DNA from: a candidate division WWE3 bacterium CG08_land_8_20_14_0_20_40_13
Lineage (GTDB): Bacteria > Patescibacteriota > WWE3 > 0-14-0-20-40-13
Length of the DNA stretch: 64,000 nucleotides
NCBI GenBank assembly: GCA_002774285.1
Contig: PEYT01000004.1
Span: 4,345-68,344, forward strand
Reading direction: 5' to 3'
This document shows positions 29,365 to 38,569 of this stretch, one piece after another; position 1 is the stretch's first letter; every line of letters begins with the position of its first letter. Under the pieces are notes generated by a model that ran no database searches, was not told the DNA's origin, and saw only the letters and a program-made list of their open reading frames with translations. The translations under genes were made by a program, and so were the position numbers.

Positions 29365-29950
29365 TATAGATCTTAAAGGAGCTGTCAGTTTCAATATTAT
29401 TATCAACAAGGTCTCTGATTATCTTTGATCGACTTTTTTCGTACCTATTTTCTGCCCAATCGAGATAGTATTTTTGTTTCTTGGATAAAACAATATTATA
29501 CCGGTTGTTTCCTTCCTCTAAAGCAGAATATCCCAAAAACTCGTCAATAATTTCCTTATAGTTTAACTCATTGTAAAACTTTACGGATAGGTATGGGGAG
29601 TTAATTGCTTCAATATACGAATCAGGAAAAGTGTTGTCCCGCTTAAGCCGTAAAACTAGTGTTGGTTTTTTTAATTGAATGGAGTGAGTAATTTGGTGTG
29701 AGGTGCTAAAGTTTGGAACTGTAAATTCGATAATAGAAACACCCGCTTCTTGTACGGCTTTTATTACAGAGTTGTAGATTTCTCTAATATCTCTTTTGGA
29801 GTTAGGATTCTCCTCAATCCACTTTCCATAAGATCCAATCCAGTCGTCGGTTAGAACATGACCTTCGTCTAAAAGGTGTTGTCTTATCATTAGATAATAT
29901 TTTTTATATTCGTTATAGTGGAATGTTGTTGCGCCAAACCAAATTTTCAT
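29342..29950 (-). CDS. Nucleoside-deoxyribosyltransferase-like domain + C-terminal ribbon-helix-helix-like domain
   Basis: MKIWFGA..., I.E.T.P.FST..QI..S...KKPTLVL; C-terminal RYNIVLS....YLDW......SRSKIIRDLV. Confidence 0.65.
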   Translation of the reverse strand: MKIWFGATTFHYNEYKKYYLMIRQHLLDEGHVLTDDWIGSYGKWIEENPNSKRDIREIYNSVIKAVQEAGVSIIEFTVPNFSTSHQITHSIQLKKPTLVLRLKRDNTFPDSYIEAINSPYLSVKFYNELNYKEIIDEFLGYSALEEGNNRYNIVLSKKQKYYLDWAENRYEKSRSKIIRDLVDNNIETDSSFKIYIKDSQQN

Positions 29951-30038
29951 GTGTGGATTATAGCATGTTATTGTGTAATGACTGCACAACGATACTATGG
30001 TATCTACTGGTTAATCTATGAAACAGGAGAACGCACAA

Positions 30039-30521
30039 ATGAAAGTAATCTATACGATCTGCTTGCTCGTCAGAGGAACCGCTAAGGGGAGGGAAATCTG
30101 TCTAGGAAGAAAGAAACGGGGATTTCTGGTTGGTAGGTTAAACGGCTCTGGTGGTAAGGTACTTCCGGGAGAGGACGTTGAAGATTGTGCAAAAAGAGAA
30201 ACATGGGAGGAGTTTAAAGTTGAAATATTGAAGATGAAAAAGTTCGGGGAGATCAATTTTTTTGATCCTGGGCTTACGCATCAGTGCCATGTCTTTGTTG
30301 TTACTAAATGGAGAGGGGAACCATCGGAAACCGAGGAGATGAATCCCGCTTGGTACGCCGTAGCGACTATTCCTTTTGAGGAAATGAATAGAGCAGATAA
30401 ATTTTGGGTTACTCCGATTCTTGAGGGGAGAAAAATAAAGGCTGATTTCTATTACGAAAACCTCGACGATTTGGGGGAGGTGACAAGAAAAAATGTCCGT
30501 ATTGTCAATTCATTTGAGTAA
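30039..30521 (+). CDS. NUDIX hydrolase (MutT/MTH1-like)
   Basis: LG.KKRGF, GGKV..GE....CAKRETWEE, ETEEM.P.W; SD AGGAG. Confidence 0.9.
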   Translation: MKVIYTICLLVRGTAKGREICLGRKKRGFLVGRLNGSGGKVLPGEDVEDCAKRETWEEFKVEILKMKKFGEINFFDPGLTHQCHVFVVTKWRGEPSETEEMNPAWYAVATIPFEEMNRADKFWVTPILEGRKIKADFYYENLDDLGEVTRKNVRIVNSFE

Positions 30522-30598
30522 ATCTATTGCGCTGGTTGGGGATCAAGAAAACGACCAGCGTTTTCTTTTTCTTCTAAAATCCTTTAATATCCATCTTA

Positions 30599-31762
30599 GT
30601 GGAAACATCAGATAAGAAAAAAGTGGTGGTGGGGATATCGGGCGGAGTAGATTCTGCGGTTTCGGCGTACCTTTTAAAAAAACAAGGTTATGAAGTTCTT
30701 GGTGTATATATGTGGTGTTACGGAAGTCATGACGAACATTGTCGGGCTCATCAAGACCGCGCCGATGCCATAAAAGTTGCCACGCATTTAGGAATTCCTT
30801 TTGAGATTTGGGATTTTGAAAAAGAATATTCCGAGAAAGTTTTAAAGTATTTTTATGATGAATATAATGCTGGATGTACTCCAAATCCCGATGTGGTTTG
30901 TAATAAAGAGATAAAGTTTGGAATGTTTTATAAAAGAGCGATTAAGAAGCGAGGTTTTGATTTTGTGGCAACAGGGCATTATGCTCGAGTGGTTGGGGGC
31001 ACATCGCAAATTAGGGCAGTGTCCGAATTCGGGCACTGCCCTAAATATCTGGCTTCTGGAAAAGATAAAACTAAGGATCAATCCTACTTTTTATATCGCA
31101 TTCGCTTGGAACAACTCTCCCACATCCTTTTTCCCGTCGGTGATTTAACAAAAAAAGAAGTCCGTCAAATTGCAAAAGAAGCAGGACTTCCCGTTTTTGA
31201 TAAACCCGATAGTCAAGGGGTTTGTTTTGTTGGGGAAGTATCAATGCGCGATTTCCTTAAAGGGAAAGTGGATTATAAAGAAGGGAATGTTGTTGATACA
31301 AAGGGGGAAGTGATCGGTCACCATACTGGTCTGCCGTTTTACACAATCGGTCAGCGCCGTGGGTTCACTTTGACGAAATATAAAGGATTGCCCATGTATG
31401 CGATTGGAAAAAATGCGGTGAATAACACCCTCATCGTTGGATGTGGGAAAGAGACTGAGGCGGAAAGTTTTAGAGTTGGAGATATTAATTGGCTCGTTTC
31501 TAATACGGGATCCTCCCGAAACGGGAGGATCCCGTATCAAAACTTAAGGGTTCGGATCAGACATCTTGGTAAATTAATCCCGTGTGATATATTATTTGAA
31601 AATTTGAAAAATAAAAATTCATTAAAAATTTCAAATTTGGAGGCCGTGCCCCCATCGCAGGTACGATGTAAATTAAAAATTCCCCAGCGGGGGGTAGCTC
31701 CTGGACAGTCAGCTGTTTTCTACCTTGATGACATTGTTATTGGCGGAGGCGTAATATTGTAG
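30599..31762 (+). CDS. mnmA: tRNA-specific 2-thiouridylase MnmA
   Basis: SGGVDS, TPNPDVVCN, ATGHYA, KDQSYFL, DSQGVCF, YTIGQRRG, APGQSAVFY. Confidence 0.96.
   Translation: METSDKKKVVVGISGGVDSAVSAYLLKKQGYEVLGVYMWCYGSHDEHCRAHQDRADAIKVATHLGIPFEIWDFEKEYSEKVLKYFYDEYNAGCTPNPDVVCNKEIKFGMFYKRAIKKRGFDFVATGHYARVVGGTSQIRAVSEFGHCPKYLASGKDKTKDQSYFLYRIRLEQLSHILFPVGDLTKKEVRQIAKEAGLPVFDKPDSQGVCFVGEVSMRDFLKGKVDYKEGNVVDTKGEVIGHHTGLPFYTIGQRRGFTLTKYKGLPMYAIGKNAVNNTLIVGCGKETEAESFRVGDINWLVSNTGSSRNGRIPYQNLRVRIRHLGKLIPCDILFENLKNKNSLKISNLEAVPPSQVRCKLKIPQRGVAPGQSAVFYLDDIVIGGGVIL
31011..31044. repeat. Palindromic element, GGGCAGTGCCC type, in-frame within mnmA
   Basis: TTAGGGCAGTGTCCGAATTCGGGCACTGCCCTAA. Confidence 0.85.
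31503..31537. repeat. Palindromic element, GGGAGGATCCC type, in-frame within mnmA
   Basis: ATACGGGATCCTCCCG-AAA-CGGGAGGATCCCGTAT. Confidence 0.85.
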
Positions 31763-31764
31763 AT

Positions 31765-31899
31765 ATGAGTGTTGGAAGACCATGGACTGTAAAATTTAAA
31801 GAAACATCAATCGAAGTTGTCAAATCGGTATTAGGTTTTATTGTGATAATAATCAAAGGTGTCGGCGAAGCCTTTTTGGGCGCTTTTAGTGGAAAATAA
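31765..31899 (+). CDS. 44-aa small hydrophobic protein
   Basis: MSVGRPWTVKFKETSIEVVKSVLGFIVIIIKGVGEAFLGAFSGK fills the mnmA-cupin gap with 2-nt spacers on both sides. Confidence 0.6.
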   Translation: MSVGRPWTVKFKETSIEVVKSVLGFIVIIIKGVGEAFLGAFSGK

Positions 31900-31901
31900 A
31901 T

Positions 31902-32240
31902 ATGATTACTTCTGGAAATGCAGACACAGAATCTCAACAGTTTAAAAATTGGTTAATCGGTAACTTTAGAGAAGATAGCTCACCTTTAAAGACTGATAAA
32001 TTTGAGCTCAAGTGGTCAAAAAGAGAGAAAGGTTACTTTGCTCCAGCTAAGGAAAAGGAACAGGAGGATCTAAGAAGCACACTGGGAATTTTAATTTACG
32101 GGAAAGTAAAAGTCTCTTTTTTGGACGAAGAGAAGAAGATTCTTTTAGAAAATGAGGGCGATTACTATTTTTGTAAACCTACATCAAGACACACAGTCGA
32201 AGTTTTTGAAGATAGTTTAGTTATTACAGTTCGTTGGTGA
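31902..32240 (+). CDS. Cupin-like small protein
   Basis: W.IG.F, ELKW, L..EGDY, H......DS.VITVRW. Confidence 0.7.
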   Translation: MITSGNADTESQQFKNWLIGNFREDSSPLKTDKFELKWSKREKGYFAPAKEKEQEDLRSTLGILIYGKVKVSFLDEEKKILLENEGDYYFCKPTSRHTVEVFEDSLVITVRW

Positions 32241-32649
32241 GTTGCGATTTAAAATACGAGGCAAAGAAACTGTTTGTTGCGGGCCAGAAGAGAGAGGGGT
32301 TAGCTAAAATATATTCTTTTTCTAACCACCTAACAGATGCGATTTCATTATCATCAATACCCATCTCAATTTCAAAAGGAACTTTCTCGCATTCCCACCA
32401 ATAAGTTTCTTGATTTGCAATATCGCTTCCGGTTTTAGCAAGTTCTCTAATTGGTTTTATTACAATTCCCAATTCCTCTTTTACTTCGCGGATCAAAGCT
32501 TGCTTTGGATTTTCTCCTTCTTCAACATGCCTGCCACAAGGATAAAACAATCCGGTATATTTTCCAAAATATTTCTTAGCAGTAATAAGAAGGTATTCTT
32601 TTACGCCGTTATTCTCTCTAAAAATTATTCCTAGTACTACTTGTCTCAT
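32224..32649 (-). CDS. NUDIX hydrolase
   Basis: G.HVEEGE....ALIREVKEELG Nudix box. Confidence 0.85.
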   Translation of the reverse strand: MRQVVLGIIFRENNGVKEYLLITAKKYFGKYTGLFYPCGRHVEEGENPKQALIREVKEELGIVIKPIRELAKTGSDIANQETYWWECEKVPFEIEMGIDDNEIASVRWLEKEYILANPSLFWPATNSFFASYFKSQLTNEL

Positions 32650-32828
32650 ATCATTTTTCTCCTAATGCTCCCACCAACTTTAGCTAACCAGTGTTTAAAT
32701 GGTTCGGTTTTTGGAGAAGGAATAGACTGGACTATACGAAGAAGTCCTTCTGTCTTGGCACAATCAGTTTCACGCATTTTTCCATCTTCGGCTTGTAATT
32801 TCAACTGTTTCCATAATGATTTAATCAT
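32646..32828 (-). pseudogene. Bro-N (phage antirepressor-like) fragment
   Basis: QLKLQAEDGKMRETDCA.TEGLLRIVQSIPSPK.EPFK.WLAKVG; both ends missing. Confidence 0.75.
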
Positions 32829-32861
32829 TCCATAACTAACCAGAATGTGCAAGAGGGGAAG

Positions 32862-32947
32862 TGGTGGGCGAGAGAGGATTTGAACCTCCACGGATTTTAC
32901 TCCACTGGCTTCTGAAACCAGCCTGGCTACCATTACAGCACTCGCCC
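32862..32947 (-). tRNA. tRNA-Leu (CAG)
   Basis: GGGCGAG acceptor stem, CTGGT-TTCAGAA-GCCAG anticodon arm, long variable arm, GGTTCAAATCC, encoded CCA. Confidence 0.95.
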
Positions 32948-32969
32948 GTATCATTCATATTCTACCTTA

Positions 32970-33066
32970 TTGACAAACCCTTAGTAAATTATGTATGTTA
33001 CCGAGGTGACAGTAAAAGACTCCTGCAATGCAGGTGTGGTTTTTTTGTCTAATTTGATCTTTAAAA
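32970..33066 (+). promoter_or_regulatory. rRNA promoter with boxB/boxA-like leader
   Basis: TTGACA-18-TATGTT; short hairpin; TGATCTTTAAAA boxA-like at 33055-33066. Confidence 0.6.
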
Positions 33067-33172
33067 ATTCAATATCAAAAATTTAGCTTACCGGCAGTTC
33101 AATTGTTTTGAAAAGGTGCGGGTTATAGCTATAAGTTAAAGTGAAGTTCAAAAATTAAGTGGTGGAAAGATT

Positions 33173-34630
<1,458 letters not shown>

Positions 34631-34883
34631 CAAAGGAGATTTTCTTCGATGATTTTTATCATCGCGGAAGCTCATAAATGTTTTCTAAGTCGGAAAACTT
34701 TGGAGCATAAACATTTTCTTTTGCCCCTCACGGCAAAAGATCAGACAGCTTGGTTGGGTGAGGTTTAACCTAACAATGAATCTTTCCACCGCTTAGAATT
34801 TGAATCGCGTCAGACGCGACTTTGCTTTAACTTAACTCCTCAGCACTGTAAATTCCGCGCATTTTTTGTGCTATCATTTGAAT

Positions 34884-35708
34884 ATGGCAAACACCTCTGT
34901 CCTTTGCGCCCAAAACGGCTCTATAAAAATAGCTGCTCTTGACCATCGCGATTCCTTAAAAAAAATTCTTCCCGAGGATGAAATAAATAAGTTCAAAAGT
35001 CTGTGTGTCGAGGCATTTAGTCCTTTTGTGACCGCAGTTTTACTTGATCCTGAATATTTAGAAAAAACAGGGATTGGGGCAATGCCCCTAAAGGGGCACT
35101 GCCCCATTATTTCCGTCCCGTTTCTTGCCTCTTTGGAAAAATCAGGATACATAGACACTTCCGATGGCAGGATTACCGAAACTTATGGTGACTATTTTAA
35201 TGCAAGAACAGCTAAAAGAGTCGGAGTTATCGCCACAAAGCTTTTAATTTATTTTAATAATGACGCACCATCAAAGAATCACCAAATAGAGATTGCGAAA
35301 AGATGTTTTGATGAATCTCGTCAAGTGGGACTTCCCTTACTTTTAGAAATCGTTACTTATCCATATCAAAATAAGGTTTATAGCGAGAGTTTAGAAATCT
35401 CCCGTGCCGTCTCTCAACTTGCGGATTTCGGAGATGTTTTAAAGCTTAATTTTTGTGACAATCTTGATATTTTATCGGATCTAAAGCATTTGGAAAAACC
35501 TTGGGTTCTTTTGAGTCGGGGAATGCTCTTTCCGGAATACAAAAGATTGTTAATAAAAGCTAAAGAAATTGGTGGCGCGAGCGGCTTTGCCGTTGGACGG
35601 GCCTTATGGCAGGAAGTTGGCAATCTTAAAACTTGGGCAAAGAAAGAATTTTTTATCAAAACTACTGCAGTTTCGCGTCTAAAGGAATTAGCAGAAATTT
35701 TTAATTAG
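34884..35708 (+). CDS. Tagatose-1,6-bisphosphate aldolase (LacD family)
   Basis: AALDHRDSL, VLLDPEY, LEKSGY, KLLIY, LLE, DVLK, PWVLLSRG, GFAVGRALW. Confidence 0.85.
   Translation: MANTSVLCAQNGSIKIAALDHRDSLKKILPEDEINKFKSLCVEAFSPFVTAVLLDPEYLEKTGIGAMPLKGHCPIISVPFLASLEKSGYIDTSDGRITETYGDYFNARTAKRVGVIATKLLIYFNNDAPSKNHQIEIAKRCFDESRQVGLPLLLEIVTYPYQNKVYSESLEISRAVSQLADFGDVLKLNFCDNLDILSDLKHLEKPWVLLSRGMLFPEYKRLLIKAKEIGGASGFAVGRALWQEVGNLKTWAKKEFFIKTTAVSRLKELAEIFN
35075..35106. repeat. Palindromic element, GGGCAGTGCCC type, in-frame within aldolase
   Basis: TGGGGCAATGCCCC-TAAA-GGGGCACTGCCCCA. Confidence 0.85.
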
Positions 35709-35725
35709 GAATCCTGAATTACAAA

Positions 35726-36808
35726 ATGCATTTTCTTGGAAAAGAACCACCACTTTTGTTTATAAACAAAACCGTTTTTGTGCGTGTGGATTTTGATGTT
35801 TCTTTTAAGGAAGATGGTTCAATTGCCGACGATTACAGAATTAAGAGATGCCTTCCAACAATAGATTACCTTCTCTCAAAAGGGGCAAAACTTGTTTTGG
35901 GTACCAAAATCGGTGATCCTGAAAAGGATGGGGGAATTTCCTGTGAGAGGATTTTTCCTTACTTGAGTAACATAAGTAGCTTAAGTCACTTACGATTCTT
36001 GAGAGATTATCCGGGGTTGGAAGTTAAAAAATCCACCGGTGCTCTTACTGTTGGCGAAGTGTTGCTTTTAGAAAACCTTCGCCTTTTTCCTGAGGAAAAA
36101 GGAGACGAAAAATTTGCTAAAGAGTTTGCCAACAATTTTGATTTTTACATCCATGAAGCTTTCGCTATGTGTCATCGCACTGACACTTCAATTGCACTTC
36201 TTCCAAAATACTTAGTGTCATTTGTTGGATTTAATTTAGCGCAAGAAATAGAAACGCTCTCAAAAGTTTTAGAAAATCCTCAAAGACCCTTAATTTTTAT
36301 AGTAGGTGGTGCCAAAATAGAATCAAAACTTTTAACAATAAATAATTTTCTAAAAATCGCTGACAAGATAATCATTGGTGGAAAATTGCCACTCGATCCA
36401 ACGGTTCAAAAATTCGCCAAAGATAAAAAAGTTTTTTTGGCGGATTTGGATATCGGCGGTTTGGATATTTCCGAGGGGTCGGTGGAAGAAATTTTAAGTA
36501 TCTTAGGTAACTTAAGTAAAGGAGAGGGAAAAGGAACAATTGTCTGGTCAGGTCCCATGGGGCAGTTTGAAAACCCAGATCACCGAAAAGGGACAATGGA
36601 AATTGCCAAGGCGATCTCGGAAAGTTCTGCCTTTAAAATTGTTGGTGGAGGCAATACCGTGACGGCTTTAGATTTACTCGGTCTTGTCAAACAGTTCGAT
36701 TTTATCTCCACGGGTGGCGGTGCCATGCTGGAATTCTTGGCAGAGGGTAAACTTCTGGGAATTGATGCTTTAAATTACAAAACAAAATTGTTAGACTGGA
36801 ACACATGA
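35726..36808 (+). CDS. pgk: Phosphoglycerate kinase
   Basis: VRVDFDV, LLENLR, GGAK, GPMG.FE, GGG.T, STGGGAMLEFL. Confidence 0.92.
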   Translation: MHFLGKEPPLLFINKTVFVRVDFDVSFKEDGSIADDYRIKRCLPTIDYLLSKGAKLVLGTKIGDPEKDGGISCERIFPYLSNISSLSHLRFLRDYPGLEVKKSTGALTVGEVLLLENLRLFPEEKGDEKFAKEFANNFDFYIHEAFAMCHRTDTSIALLPKYLVSFVGFNLAQEIETLSKVLENPQRPLIFIVGGAKIESKLLTINNFLKIADKIIIGGKLPLDPTVQKFAKDKKVFLADLDIGGLDISEGSVEEILSILGNLSKGEGKGTIVWSGPMGQFENPDHRKGTMEIAKAISESSAFKIVGGGNTVTALDLLGLVKQFDFISTGGGAMLEFLAEGKLLGIDALNYKTKLLDWNT

Positions 36809-37383
36809 TAAAAAGATTCTTTGTTATAACAATTTTGTTGGTATTAGGTCTTGTCGTTTTGTATTTTTCCGTAAAAAGTAATGGTGATTCTGTTAAAGAT
36901 CAGGTTTTAAAACCCTCTCCATACGAACCTATTACAAGTATACAGGAGGAGAAAAATAAGCATTCGGGCTATATATTAAATACCAATAAGGGCGACATAA
37001 AAATTGTTCTTGATAGTACCGTTGCCCCTGAAACCGTGAAAAATTTTGATTCTAAAGTAAATTCTGGATTTTATGAGGGCTTGACTTTTCACCGCGTGGA
37101 AGATTGGGTTATTCAAGGTGGAGATCCTTTGGGAAATGGGACCGGTGGGGGGAATATGCCAACGGAACTTTCGCAGAAACCGTTTAAAGAAGGATCGATC
37201 GGTGTTGCAAGAGGGGGTAATATAGAAATAAGTAACGATTCTCAGTTTTTTATCTGCACAACAGACTGCTCTTTTTTAACTGGACAGTACACCAATTTTG
37301 GAGATGTAGTGGGAGGAATGGATGTAGCTAAATTGATAAGCATTGGTGATAAGATAAATGGCATTCAAACATTAAAATACTAA
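36805..37383 (+). CDS. Cyclophilin-type peptidyl-prolyl isomerase, membrane anchored
   Basis: AP.TV.NF, FHRV, IQGGDP.G.GTGG, SQFFI, YT.FG. Confidence 0.92.
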   Translation: MIKRFFVITILLVLGLVVLYFSVKSNGDSVKDQVLKPSPYEPITSIQEEKNKHSGYILNTNKGDIKIVLDSTVAPETVKNFDSKVNSGFYEGLTFHRVEDWVIQGGDPLGNGTGGGNMPTELSQKPFKEGSIGVARGGNIEISNDSQFFICTTDCSFLTGQYTNFGDVVGGMDVAKLISIGDKINGIQTLKY

Positions 37384-37385
37384 AA

Positions 37386-38432
37386 ATGGATCAGGATTTT
37401 CCGCGAAACAAATATTTATTAGGTAAAAAGCATCTAAAATATTTTGGAATTATTATTGCGGTTTTAATTTTATTGTCGCCGCTTTTTTTCTGGTGGTACT
37501 ATAACGCCGCTTTAAACCGGCAAAATTATCCGGAAGAAACAATTGCCAAATCGCCAAATATACCGCTTGAGGCTGATGTAATTATTCCATCCGGAGCAAC
37601 AACCGACGAGATCTCCGATCTTTTGTATAAAAAGGATTTAATAAATAGCAAAACTCTTTTTAAGTTGTACCTTTTGCAAACCCAAAAAACCATCAAGGCC
37701 GGACATTACCGCGTCCCGTTTACCATAGATGTAAAAGATTTGGTGGAAGCTTTTCAAAAAGGGACATTCGATATTAGACTTACTTTTTTGGAGGGGTGGC
37801 GGGTGGAGGAATATGCCGATTACATAACTAAACAATTTAACGATCCGGTTCTTGGAAAAGAATTTTTAACTATCGCGAAGCCTTTTGAAGGTTACCTTTT
37901 TCCGGACACATATTTTATGCCAAAGCTTTCAAGCGCTCAGTTGCTTCTTGGCACTCTAAAAGCAAATTTTGATGAGAGAACAAAAAATATCAGAGCGGAT
38001 TACACACTAAAGTCAAAAGGCAAAACATCCGGTTTGAGTTTTGCCGATACGATTAATTTAGCCTCTATTTTAGAAAGAGAGGTGGCAAATGGCGCCGACC
38101 GTTCCGTTGTTGCTGGAATTTTAATAAAAAGAATCGAAAACGGATGGCCATTAGATGCCGATGCTACTGTGCAGTATGCCGTCGCTTCACCGGAAAATTG
38201 GTGGCCTTCCAAAATTACTCAAGATGGTTTGGACAAAGATTCTCCCTACAACACTAGAAAAAATCAGGGATTGCCGCCAACTCCCATCTGCAATCCCGGA
38301 CTTGCGGCAATATCGGCGGCAAGTGCCCCAGTTAGTAGTGAGTATTGGTTTTACTTAAGCGGAAAAGATGGAAAGACTCACTTTGCAAAAACTATCGAAG
38401 AGCATAATCAAGACATAGTTTTGTACTTGTGA
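37386..38432 (+). CDS. mltG: Endolytic transglycosylase MltG
   Basis: EG.R, EGYLFPDTY, ASILERE, DATVQY, SPYNT, GLPPTPICNPG. Confidence 0.93.
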   Translation: MDQDFPRNKYLLGKKHLKYFGIIIAVLILLSPLFFWWYYNAALNRQNYPEETIAKSPNIPLEADVIIPSGATTDEISDLLYKKDLINSKTLFKLYLLQTQKTIKAGHYRVPFTIDVKDLVEAFQKGTFDIRLTFLEGWRVEEYADYITKQFNDPVLGKEFLTIAKPFEGYLFPDTYFMPKLSSAQLLLGTLKANFDERTKNIRADYTLKSKGKTSGLSFADTINLASILEREVANGADRSVVAGILIKRIENGWPLDADATVQYAVASPENWWPSKITQDGLDKDSPYNTRKNQGLPPTPICNPGLAAISAASAPVSSEYWFYLSGKDGKTHFAKTIEEHNQDIVLYL

Positions 38433-38444
38433 ATTTTAGGGGAG

Positions 38445-38474
38445 TTGACAACATTTAATGTCATGTGTTAAACT
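38445..38474 (+). promoter_or_regulatory. sigma70-type promoter for rpoBC
   Basis: TTGACA-18-TAAACT with TG extension. Confidence 0.6.
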
Positions 38475-38569
38475 TCCGAAGTTCGTGTTGAGAAGTCAAA
38501 TTTAGCTTGGCTTGTTGCGTTGTTCTTGAAAATTTTAAAAAAGGATTTTTGGAATAATTCATAAACATA

